From: Ministeria vibrans ATCC 50519
Taxonomy: Eukaryota > Protista > Filasterea
Assembly (NCBI GenBank): GCA_943704425.1
Contig: CALSCP010002817.1
Coordinates: 1 to 34,655 of the forward strand
DNA length: 34,655 nucleotides
Reading direction: 5' to 3'
Notes under the pieces: generated by a model
What the model was told of the DNA's origin: nothing
Database searches by the model: none
The model's input: the letters and a program-made list of their open reading frames with translations, nothing else
In this document: positions 11,001 through 23,000 of the stretch, piece by piece
Layout of the letters: each line of letters begins with the position of its first letter
Numbering within the stretch: the stretch's first letter is position 1
Translations under genes and position numbers: made by a program

Positions 11001-14000
11001 GTACTCGTGCTTGTGTGCGGCTGGCTCAACAGGCACGGGGTGCCAGATTGACATTGACGAGTGTGCGTCGAATCCTTGCGGGTCTCACGGCGTGTGTTTT
11101 GACAGTGCCAACTTCTACTTGTGTGTGTGCGAGGATGGGTTTGCCGGTGATGACTGTGAAGTCAATGTCGACGAGTGCGCCTCGAACCCGTGTCTGAACG
11201 GTGCCACTTGTAACGACCAAATCAACTCGTACACGTGTACATGTGCACCTGGATTTGCCGACTTCCATTGTGATCGAAACCTCAATGAGTGTGCCTCAAA
11301 CCCGTGTCAGAACGGCGCCACTTGCGACGACGGTGTAAATTCCTACACGTGCACCTGTCCGCCCGGGTTCACCGACACACACTGCGACACCAACATCAAC
11401 GAGTGCGCATCGACTCCGTGTCAGAATGGAGCGACTTGCAACGACGGAATCAACGGCTTCACGTGCACCTGTGCGCCTGGGTTCACGAGCACTCTGTGCC
11501 AGACGAACATCAATGAGTGTGTCTCGAATCCGTGTGCCAATGCTGGGGTATGCGCAGACGCCATCGACGGCTACACCTGCAATTGTGCTGCTGGATTTGC
11601 AGGCGCACAGTGCCAGACGAATATTAATGAGTGTGCGTCGAATCCGTGTGCCAATGGTGGTACATGTACTGACCAGATCAACGGGTACACATGCTCATGT
11701 ACTCCTGGCTTTGTGGGCTCACTTTGCCAGGCCAACGTCAACGAGTGCGCCTCAAACCCGTGTCAGAATGCTGCCACGTGCACCGACGTCGTCGATGGCT
11801 TCCTGTGCTCCTGTGTCGCCGGCTACACCGACACGTTCTGCCAGTCCGACATCAATGAGTGCGCTTCAAATCCCTGCCAGAATGGCGCTCCTTGTAACAA
11901 CCTCCTCAATGCGTACACCTGTTCGTGCCTGACAGGTTTCACGGGCACGCACTGCGAGACGAACATTGACGACTGCGCTTCTACCCCATGCCAAAACGCC
12001 GCGACCTGTCAAGATCTCATTGATGGCTATCTGTGTGGCTGTCTTCCAGGCTTTACAGGCGTCCACTGCCAGACCAACATCAACGAATGCGCCTCCAACC
12101 CGTGCCTCAACGGCGCTACTTGTACCGATCGTATCAATGGCTACTCTTGCACATGCGCCCCCGGGTTTACCGACACTCAATGCACCACAGACATCAACGA
12201 GTGTGCCTCCAACGCGTGCCAGAACGATGCCACATGCAACGACCTTGTCAACGGTTTCACCTGTTCCTGTCTCATTGGATTTACCGGCACCCTCTGTCAG
12301 ACCAACGTTGACGAGTGCGTGTCGAGTCCCTGTCAGAACGGCGCCACCTGTACTGATCTTGTGAATGGCTATTCATGCATATGTGCTGCCGGCTTTGTTG
12401 ACACTCTCTGCACGACTAACATCAACGAGTGTGCGTCACAGCCGTGCCTTAACGGTGCAAGCTGCGTCGATCTTGTCAACGGCTTCTCGTGCACCTGTGC
12501 CAACGGCTTCTTTGGTCAGTTGTGCGACGGCGACGTCGACGAGTGTGCCTCGTCTCCCTGCCAGAACACCGCCACCTGTGTACAGCGCATTGGCGAGTGG
12601 GCGTGCCTTTGTGCCGCCGGCTACACCGGCTCCACTTGCACCCTGGATGTCGACGAGTGCGCCTCGCAACCTTGCCTCAACGGTGGTATGTGTGCTCAAG
12701 ACACGCAACCAGACTTGTACACCTGCTCGTGCCCCTCAGGCTACACCGGCAGCCACTGTGAGACCAACATTGACGATTGTGCGCCCATCACCTGCCTTCA
12801 TGGTGGCACCTGCACCGATCTCGTCGACAACTTCCTGTGCACCTGTGCACCCGGCTACACCGGCTCCCTCTGCCAAACGGACATCAATGAGTGTGCGCTC
12901 AACAACTGTCTCAACGGCGCCACCTGTACTGACCTGGTCAACGATTTTTTGTGTACCTGCGCCCCTGGCTATACCGGTCGCAACTGCGAAATCAACATCA
13001 ACGAGTGCCTGTCGAGCCCATGCTTCAACGGTGCCGAATGCTTCGAAGGCATCGATCTCTTTGTGTGCTTTTGTTCTGACGGCTGGACCGGAACGCTGTG
13101 CAACGTGGACATCAACGAGTGTGCCTCAAACCCGTGCGTGACGGGCGCGTGCTTTAACGGTCTCAATGCCTTTGTGTGCACTTGTCCGTCGGGCTTCACC
13201 GGCACCCGATGCGAGACAAACATCAACGAGTGCGCCTCAAACCCGTGCCAGAATGGCGCTACATGCAACGACCAAACCAATGGCTACACGTGCGCCTGCA
13301 CGCCGGGCTACATTGGCCAATTGTGCCAGTTTAACATCAACGAGTGTGCCTCGGCACCTTGCGCCAACGGTGGCTCATGCTCCGACGGCATTGACTCGTA
13401 CACATGCGCCTGTCGCGATGGCTTTGTCGGAAGGCACTGCGAGATAGACATCAACGAGTGCCAGTCGTCACCCTGTCGGAATGCCGCCACCTGCTCAAAC
13501 GAGTTGGACGCCTATGTGTGCGCCTGTATCGCCGGTTTCACCGGTGTCCGTTGCGAGACCAACATCAACGAATGTGCTTCCGCTCCCTGCCAGAATGCCG
13601 CTACTTGCACCGATCTTATCAATGGCTACACTTGCGCTTGTGCTCCGGGTTTCACTGACACCCACTGCGAGACGAACATCAACGAGTGCGTCTCAGGCCC
13701 GTGTCAAAACAGTGCTGCATGCAGCGACCTTGTCAACGGGTACTCTTGCGCATGCATTGCCGGCTACACCGGCGTGCACTGCGAGACCAACATCAACGAG
13801 TGCGCGTCAACACCCTGCCAAAATGCCGCCACCTGTACGGATCTTGTCAATGGCTACACCTGCACTTGCACTCCCGGATTCACTGACCCGCACTGCTCTA
13901 CAAACATCAACGAGTGCGCCTCGACACCCTGCCGCAACAGCGCCACCTGTAACAACCTCATCAATGGGTTCTCGTGCAGCTGCATCTCAGGCTTTGTGGG

Positions 14001-17000
14001 AACCCTGTGCGAGACTAATGTCGATGAGTGCGCCTCGGCACCCTGTATCAATGGCGGCATTTGCTTTGACGGGGTCAACAGCTTTGCATGTGCTTGTCAG
14101 GGTGGCTTCTTTGGCGCACAGTGCGACGTCGAGACCAACGAGTGTGCCTCGCAGCCGTGCCTCAACGACGCGACATGCGAAGACATTATCAATGCGTACG
14201 TGTGCCACTGTGTACCAGGCACGACTGGCGCCGACTGTAGCCAATTCATCAACGAGTGTGCTTCGCAACCGTGTGTCAATGGTGCCGCATGCATTGACAA
14301 GATGAACGCCTTTGAGTGTGTGTGTCCCGCTGGCTTCACCGGTACCGTCTGCGAGACGGATATCAACGAGTGTGCCTCGAACCCGTGCCACAACGGCGCC
14401 TCCTGCCTCAACTCAATCGATTTATTTGCGTGCCAATGCCTTCCGGGCTACACGGGTATTCTATGCGAGACCAACATAAACGAGTGTGCATCGGCACCGT
14501 GTCAAAACGCAGGCGTGTGCATCGACGGCATCAACTTGTTTGCCTGTGTGTGCCGCGACGGCCTCACCGGCACGCTGTGCCAAACCAACGTTGACGAGTG
14601 CGCGTCAAACCCGTGTCAGAATGCGGCCACGTGCAACGACGGCGTCGACTTGTTTAGCTGCACTTGTGTTACAGGGTTCATTGGCAGGCTGTGCGAGACA
14701 AACATCGACGATTGCGCAGCCTTTCCGTGCGTCAACGGCGGCACTTGCTTTGACAATGTCAACCAATACTTTTGTCTGTGTGAGCCCGGCTACACGGGCG
14801 TGAACTGCCAGACCGATGTTGACGAGTGTGCATCAAATCCGTGCCAGAACAGTGGGACTTGCACCGACCTTGTCGACGGCTACGCGTGCACCTGTCCCTC
14901 TGCCTACGATGGTGACGAGTGCCATCTTGATCGAGACGAGTGTGCCAGCTCACCCTGTCTCAGTGTGGGCACCTGCGTGGAAGGGTTTGATCAATGGCGT
15001 TGTGTCTGTCCAGTGGGTCTCACCGGTGACCGATGCGAGGTGGACGTTGACGAGTGTGCGTCGGCACCCTGTCTCAATGCAGGCGCCTGTCAGAATCTCG
15101 CCACCATCAACGCCTTTGCGTGCTCATGCCTTGCGGGCTTTACCGGCGTTCTTTGCGAGACAAACACCGACGAGTGTGCCACAGTGGTGTGTTTGAACAG
15201 CGGAACGTGCGTTGATCAAATCAACGCGTTTGCGTGCACTTGCACGCCCGGTTTTACTGGTGTTCTTTGCGAAACCAACGTTGACGAGTGTGCGAGTGCT
15301 CCTTGCCAGAACGGTGCGACATGTGCCGATCGTGTGAATGGCTATTCGTGCACGTGTTCTATTGCCTTTACGGGCACCCATTGCGAGCAGGATGTGCTCG
15401 AGTGCGAGTCGAGTCCGTGTCAGAATGGTGCCACTTGCAACGAAGGCAAGGCGTCATTTGCGTGCGTCTGCTCGCCTGGATTTACCGGCACGCTGTGCGA
15501 GACAAACATCAACGAGTGCGCATCAAATCCGTGCGGCCAGGGAGGTGTATGTTTGGACCACATCAACGGATTCACGTGCTCGTGCTTTGGTGGCTACACC
15601 GGTGTGCGTTGCCAGGTCAACATCAACGAGTGCGCCTCGAACCCGTGCCAGAATGCCGCCGCATGCATCGACGGCATCAACTTGTACGCGTGTGTGTGCG
15701 TCGCCGGGTTTACCGGTGTCCATTGCGAGACCAACGTCAACGAGTGTGCGAGTGCTCCATGCGAGAATAGTGCCAACTGTATCGACCTGGTCAACACCTA
15801 CACCTGCTCGTGTCTCGATGGGTTCACGGGTGTGCACTGCGAGACGAACATCAACGAATGTGCGTCGCAGCCATGCCAGAACGATGGTGCCTGCTTTGAC
15901 TCGGTGAATCTCTACGTGTGCGTGTGCGTCGATGGCTACGCGGGTCTTCACTGCGAAACGAACATCAATGAGTGCGTCTCCAACCCTTGCCAGCATTCAA
16001 GTACGTGCCACGACGGCATCGACTCGTACACGTGCGCGTGTCTGCCTGGCTACACGGGTGTCCAGTGCCAGACCAATGTGAACGAGTGTGCGTCAAACCC
16101 GTGTGCCAATGGCGGCACTTGTGCCGACCAGATCAACTCGTACACCTGCTCGTGTGCACCGGGCTTCTTCGGCGCTCGCTGCGACGGCGACACCGACGAG
16201 TGCCTTTCGGCGCCCTGCGTCAACGGAGCCACCTGCCAGGACCGCGTGGATGGCTATGTTTGTGCTTGCCTGCCAGGCTACACGGGCGTACTCTGCGAGA
16301 CCAATGTAAATGAATGCCAGTCGAGCCCCTGTCAAAATTCAGGCGTGTGCTCAGACCAAGTCAACGGATACATCTGCTTCTGTTCCGCCGGCTACACCGG
16401 CGTTCGTTGCCACACGGACATCAACGAGTGTTTTTCAAACCCGTGCCAGAACGGTGCAACCTGCAACGACCTTGTCAATGGCTATACTTGCTCGTGCGTG
16501 CTTGGATTCGCCGACTCGCACTGCTCCATCAACGTCAACGAGTGTGCCTCCACCCCCTGCCAAAATGGCGCCACCTGCAACGATCAAATCAATGGCTACA
16601 CTTGTACTTGTCCCCCCGGTTTTACGAGTACTCATTGCGAGATCAACATCAACGAGTGCGCGTCGAAGCCTTGTCAGAATGTGGGTTTCTGTGTGGATCG
16701 CGTGGACGGTTTCACCTGCGAGTGTCAGTCGGATTTCACAGGTGTCCTCTGTGAGACGCGTCTGGACCAGTGCGAGTCGTCACCGTGCTCAAATGGCGCA
16801 ACCTGTGACGACGACATTCTCTCGTTTGCTTGCTCGTGCGCGCCCGGCTACACAGGTACACTGTGTGCCGATGAGATTGACGAATGCATTTCGATGCCGT
16901 GTGCCAACCAGGGCACTTGTACCGACCATCTCAATGGCTACACTTGTGTCTGTGCCGCCGGCTACACAGGCACCAATTGCCTCGGAGACGTGGACGAGTG

Positions 17001-20000
17001 TGCTTCGGCGCCGTGTATCAATGACGCTACCTGTGTACAGAGTCTCAACGTCTGGAGCTGTTTGTGCGCACCGGGGTATACTGGTAGCCATTGCGAAACA
17101 AACATTGACGAGTGTGCCTCGAGCCCGTGCGTGCGTGGTCTCTGCCTCGACGGTCCACTCGCCAATGAGCATACCTGTCTGTGTCCGGCGGGATTCACCG
17201 GGTTGCTATGCGAGACGAACGTTGACGACTGCCTTGCCAATTCTCATTTGTGCCTCCACGGCGCCTCGTGCGTCGACCAGGTAGACTCCTTCCGATGCAG
17301 CTGTGCCGCTGGCTACACTGGCACTTTTTGCCAGACGGACATTGACGAGTGTGCCTCGCAGCCGTGCCAGTACGTCGGCACGTGTACCGATTTTGTAAAT
17401 GCGTACACATGCGCTTGCGTTGCCGGTGTATCTGGTGTTCATTGCGAGACGGACCTCGATGAGTGTGTGTCGTCTCCCTGCGAGAATGGCGCGTCGTGCT
17501 TGCACGGCATCAACGTCTTCTCGTGCCAGTGCGCAGCCGGCTTCTTTGGTACGACGTGTGCGAGTGCCACGGACGAGTGCGCGAGTCAGCCGTGCCGCAA
17601 CGGTGCCACGTGCGTCGATGCACACCTGGCGTACGCCTGTGAATGTGTCAACGGGTTCACGGGTGCTCATTGCGAGACAAACATTAACGAGTGCGCCTCG
17701 AACCCGTGTCACAACAGCGCTACCTGTACCGATCTTGTCTTTGGCTACACCTGCACGTGTGCTCCAGGTTTTAACGGCGTTCACTGTGCCTCAAACATTG
17801 ACGAGTGCTCGTCAAACCCGTGTGCCAACGGCGGTGCTTGCCTCGACGGCACCAATGGCTACCTCTGCTCGTGTCCAGTGGGCTTTACGGGGATTGTGTG
17901 CCAGACTAACATTGACGATTGTGCGCCCACCAATCCCTGCCGCAATGGCGCCACTTGTGTGGACCGTGTGAATGCGGTCGATTGCATTTGTGCGGCAGGC
18001 TATGCGGGACCCCTGTGCGCCTCCAACATCAACGAATGCGCCAGCGTACCCTGTCACAACGGTGCGCTCTGTGTTGATGGTATCAATCTTTATGCATGCG
18101 GCTGTCTGCCAGGCTTTACCGGTGTGCATTGCGAGACAAACATCAATGAGTGTCGCTCAAATCCGTGTGAGAATGGCGGCGCCTGCACGGACGGCGTCAA
18201 TTCTTTCTCGTGCACGTGTGCAGCCGGTTTTACCGGCGTGCTCTGTGGCACCAACGTAGACGAGTGCACTTCGACGCCGTGCAACAATGGCGCTTCCTGT
18301 GCCGACGCCGTCGATGGCTACACTTGCAGTTGCGTACCGGGGTTCACGGGAATGCTGTGCGAGACCAACATTGACGACTGTGCCTCGTCGCCCTGCCAAC
18401 ATGGCGCCACCTGCTTTGACGGTGTTGTCTTTTACACGTGCCAGTGTGCCGATGGTTACACCGGCAGCCTGTGCGAGACAGACGTTGACGAGTGTGCGAG
18501 TCAGCCGTGCGTGAATGGCGGCACTTGTTCGGACGCCATCAACGCCTTTGTCTGTTCGTGTGTCGACGGCTTCTTCGGGGCGCGTTGCGAGNNNNNNNNN
18601 NNNNNNNNNNNNNNNNNNNNNNNNNNNNNNNNNNNNNNNNNNNNNNNNNNNNNNNNNNNNNNNNNNNNNNNNNNNNNNNNNNNNNNNNNGACGTTGACGA
18701 GTGTGCGAGTCAGCCGTGCGTGAATGGCGGCACTTGTTCGGACGCCATCAACGCCTTTGTCTGTTCGTGTGTCGACGGCTTCTTCGGGGCGCGTTGCGAG
18801 ACCAATGTGAACGAGTGTGGCTCGTCGCCTTGCCGCAACGGTGGCACATGCATAGACATTGTCAATGGCTATCAATGCACATGTGTCGCGGGCTATACGG
18901 GTGCGCAGTGTGCACAGGACATTAACGAGTGCGACTCGGACCCCTGTGTCAATGGCGGAATTTGTTCGGATGCCATTGGATTCTTCACGTGTACATGTCA
19001 AGCGGGCTTTACCGGCATGACGTGCTCCCAGAACATTGACGAGTGTCTTTCAAATCCTTGTGCCAACGCGGGCACGTGTGTGGACCAGATCAACTCGTTT
19101 GCGTGCGCGTGTGCCGCCGGCTACGCAGGCACCTTGTGCCAGTCAAACGTCAACGAGTGCGCTTCCAATCCGTGTGCCAACAGTGCTATTTGCACCGATC
19201 AAATCAACTCGTACTCGTGTGCGTGCTTGGCAGGATTTACAGGCGTCCACTGCGAGACCAATGTCAACGAGTGTGCCTCGAATCCCTGCCGCAATGGCGC
19301 CACTTGTACAGACGACGTCGCCGCACACACGTGTGACTGCTCGCCAGGCTACACAGGCTCGCAGTGCCAGATGAACATTGACGAGTGTGCTAGTGCGCCC
19401 TGTCAGAATGGCGCACTCTGTGTCGATGGCATCAACTTGTATGCCTGTGGGTGTATGCCTGGATTTGTGGGGGTTCATTGCGAGACCAACGTCAACGAGT
19501 GTGCCTCAAACCCCTGCCTCAACGGCGCCATTTGCGCCGATCAAGTTGACGCCTTTAGTTGTTTGTGCCTGCCCGGATTTACGTCGGCCAACTGCGCTGT
19601 GAACATTGACGAGTGTGCCTCAACGCCCTGTCAAAACGGCGCTACTTGCACCGATCTTATTAATGGCTTTTCCTGTTCGTGTGCCCCTGGCTTTGTGGGC
19701 GTCACGTGTGCCAGCGAGGTCGACGAGTGCACGTCAAATCCTTGCCAGAATGGTGGAGCATGCACCAACCTTGTCGACGGTTACAGTTGCGCGTGCAATG
19801 CTGCATACACGGGCACTCAGTGCGAGACGGACATTGACGAGTGCGCAAACGTTGTGTGCCAGAATGGCGCTGTGTGTGTCGATGGACTCGCCTCCTTCTC
19901 GTGTGTGTGTCTCAACGGCTACACCGGTGTATTCTGCGAGACCAACATCAATGAGTGCGCAAGCGCTCCGTGTCTCCACAACGGAGCATGCGCGGACGGT

Positions 20001-23000
20001 ATCGATTCGTTTGTGTGTGCCTGTCGTGCTGGTTACACCGGCTCGCTGTGCGAGCTGGACATTAACGAGTGTGCGTCGTCGCCGTGCCATGGCAGCGCCA
20101 CTTGCCTCGAAGGAATCAACTTCTTCTTTTGTGACTGCCCCGCTGGCTTTTTGGGCTCACGGTGCGAGACGGACATCAACGAGTGTGCAAGTGCACCGTG
20201 TCGCAACGGCGCAACTTGCCAGGACAACTCTGACAGTTTTGCCTGCACCTGCGCCCCAGGCTTCACCGGCCTTCATTGCGAGACGAACGTGGACGAGTGT
20301 GCCTCAGCACCGTGCCAAAATACCGCTACGTGCCAGGATATAGACAACGCCTACTCGTGCTTGTGCATAGCCGGGTTTGTGGGCAGTCAATGCGAGACTA
20401 ACATCAACGAGTGTGTGTCGCAGCCGTGTCGCAACAACGGTGTCTGCGTCGATCTGGTGAACGCCTTTTCGTGCATTTGTCTGTCGGGCTTTGCTGGCGA
20501 GTTGTGCGAGACGGATATTGACGAGTGCGAGTCGTCGCCCTGCCAAAACGGCGGCGCATGCAGAGATGGGGAGAATGGATTCCAGTGTACGTGTGTTCCT
20601 GGGTTCTTCGGAGCGGCGTGCGAGGCGGAGACGGACGAGTGTGCGTCATCACCATGTACGAGTGGCAGTTCGTGTACCAATGTGATCAATGGCTTTGTCT
20701 GTGAGTGTGCGCATGGCTTCACGGGCGTCACCTGCTCAGTCGACATCAACGAGTGTCTCTCGGCGCCGTGCGTTAATGGCGCGACCTGCCGTAACGAAGT
20801 GGGCGCATTTGTGTGCACTTGTATTCCTGGCTTCACCGGACTTCACTGCGAGACGAACATTGATGAGTGTGCCTCCAGCCCGTGCGTCAACGGCGGCTTG
20901 TGCGGCGACGTTGTCAACGCGTACGTGTGCCTGTGTCTGCCGGGATACACCTCCCTTCATTGCGAAGTGGACGTTGACGAGTGCGCATCAAGTCCGTGTG
21001 CCAGTGCGTCCACTGCTGCCTGCCTGAATAACATCAACGCCTTCTCGTGTGTGTGCCAGGCGGGCTTTACAGGCACGACGTGTGCCCAAAACATAGAGGA
21101 GTGCGCGTCGCAGCCGTGCGTCAATGGCGCGACGTGCCAGGACCAAATTGACGGGTTCACCTGCGACTGTCTTCCCGGCTGGACGGGCACTCACTGCCAC
21201 CTTGACATGGACGAGTGTGCGTCGAGTCCGTGCCACGCGTCGGCCACCTGTGTGAACGGTGCCAATATGTACGTGTGTTTGTGCGCGTCGGGTCGCACAG
21301 GTCTTCTCTGCGACTTGGATGTGATTGAGTGTGCCTCGCAGCCGTGCACCAATGGGGCGACGTGCTCCGAGGTGTCGCTTGGTTCGTTTGCGTGCGATTG
21401 TGCTGCGGGATTCACCGGTGAGATGTGCGAGACGGACATGAGCGAATGTGTGTCGTCGCCGTGTCTTCACCAGGGAGTGTGTGTCGACCAGGCGGGCTCG
21501 TATGCGTGCGTGTGCCGCACGGGCTACACCGGTGCACAGTGTGAGACGGACGTGGACGAGTGTGCGTCGAGTCCATGCCAGTCGGGTGCGACATGTCTGC
21601 AAGGCATCAACATTTGGGTGTGCATGTGTCCCGCCGGTTTTAATGGCGTCCAATGTCAGAACAACATTGATGAGTGTGCGTCTTCTCCGTGTCAGTCGGG
21701 CGGTACCTGCATTGATGGCGTGAATTCGTTTTCGTGCCACTGCGCCGCAGGGTTTTCGGGCTTCACTTGCAGCGGGGACATTGACGAATGCGCGTCGAGC
21801 CCGTGTGCCAATGCCGCGACATGCTTTGATCAAGTGGACGGATTCGTCTGTGGTTGTACCGGTGGCTGGGCCGGCGTGATGTGCACTGATAATGTCAACG
21901 AGTGCGCCTCCAACCCGTGCCAGAACAGCGCCACCTGTACGGACCTTGTCAACGCGTTCACCTGTGATTGTCCAAGTGGGTTCACGGGCCTCACGTGCGC
22001 CGCCGACATTGATGAGTGTGACTCGTCTCCATGCTCCAACGGCGCAGTGTGTACCAACCTAGTGGATGCCTTTTCTTGTGCATGTGCCTCCGGCTTCACG
22101 GGTGCCGGGTGCGCGTCGGACGTGAACGAGTGCCTCTCGGCGCCCTGTTTGAATAGCGGTATTTGCGTGGATGAAGTCAATGGCTACGCGTGTGTGTGCC
22201 TTGCCGGATTCACTGGTACAGTGTGCCAGACCAACATTGACGAGTGCGCTTCGGCACCCTGTCAGAATGGAGCAGGCTGTTCCGACGCTCTCAATGGCTA
22301 CTTCTGTATGTGTACCGCGGGCTTTACTGGACACCTTTGTCAGACTAACATCAACGAGTGTGCCTCCAACCCGTGCTTGAACGGCGCCGCCTGCTCCGAC
22401 CAGGTCAATGGGTATGCCTGTCAGTGTGCCAGCGGATTCACCGGAGCGCACTGCGAGACCAACATTAATGAGTGCGCAAGTATGCCTTGTGCCAATGGGG
22501 GTCTGTGTGGCGACAGTATCGACACCTTTTCTTGTGCGTGTGCATCGGGATTCACCGGCGCGACGTGTGAGACAGAGCTCAACGAGTGCGAGTCGCTGCC
22601 GTGCCATCATGGCGGCACTTGTACGGATGGCGTGGATGCGTTTGTGTGTGACTGTCCTCAGGGCTTCACCGGTGCCAACTGCGCCATTGACATCAATGAA
22701 TGCCCGAGTCTGCCATGTCGCAATGGTGCCACCTGCCGCGACAATGCGGGCGGCTACCTGTGCCTGTGTCCAGCTGGATTTACCGGCGTCGATTGTGAGA
22801 CGAACATTGACGAGTGTGCCAGTGTACCGTGTCTTCATGCAGGCACCTGTATAGACGCGGTCGACGAGTACACATGTGTGTGTGCAAGTGGACGCGACGG
22901 GGACATGTGTGAGGGCAATGTGAACGAGTGCACGAGCGCACCCTGTGCCAACGGTGCCACTTGTGTGGACGCACTCGATGCCTTTGTGTGTGAGTGCGCC

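Noticed and set aside
8404-18723. Apparent frameshifts between ORFs 4850, 8404 and 18492 (programmed frameshift or pseudogene)
   Set aside because: Fully explained by fixed 98-N gaps plus 111-bp duplicated flanks; 209 bp is not a multiple of 3.
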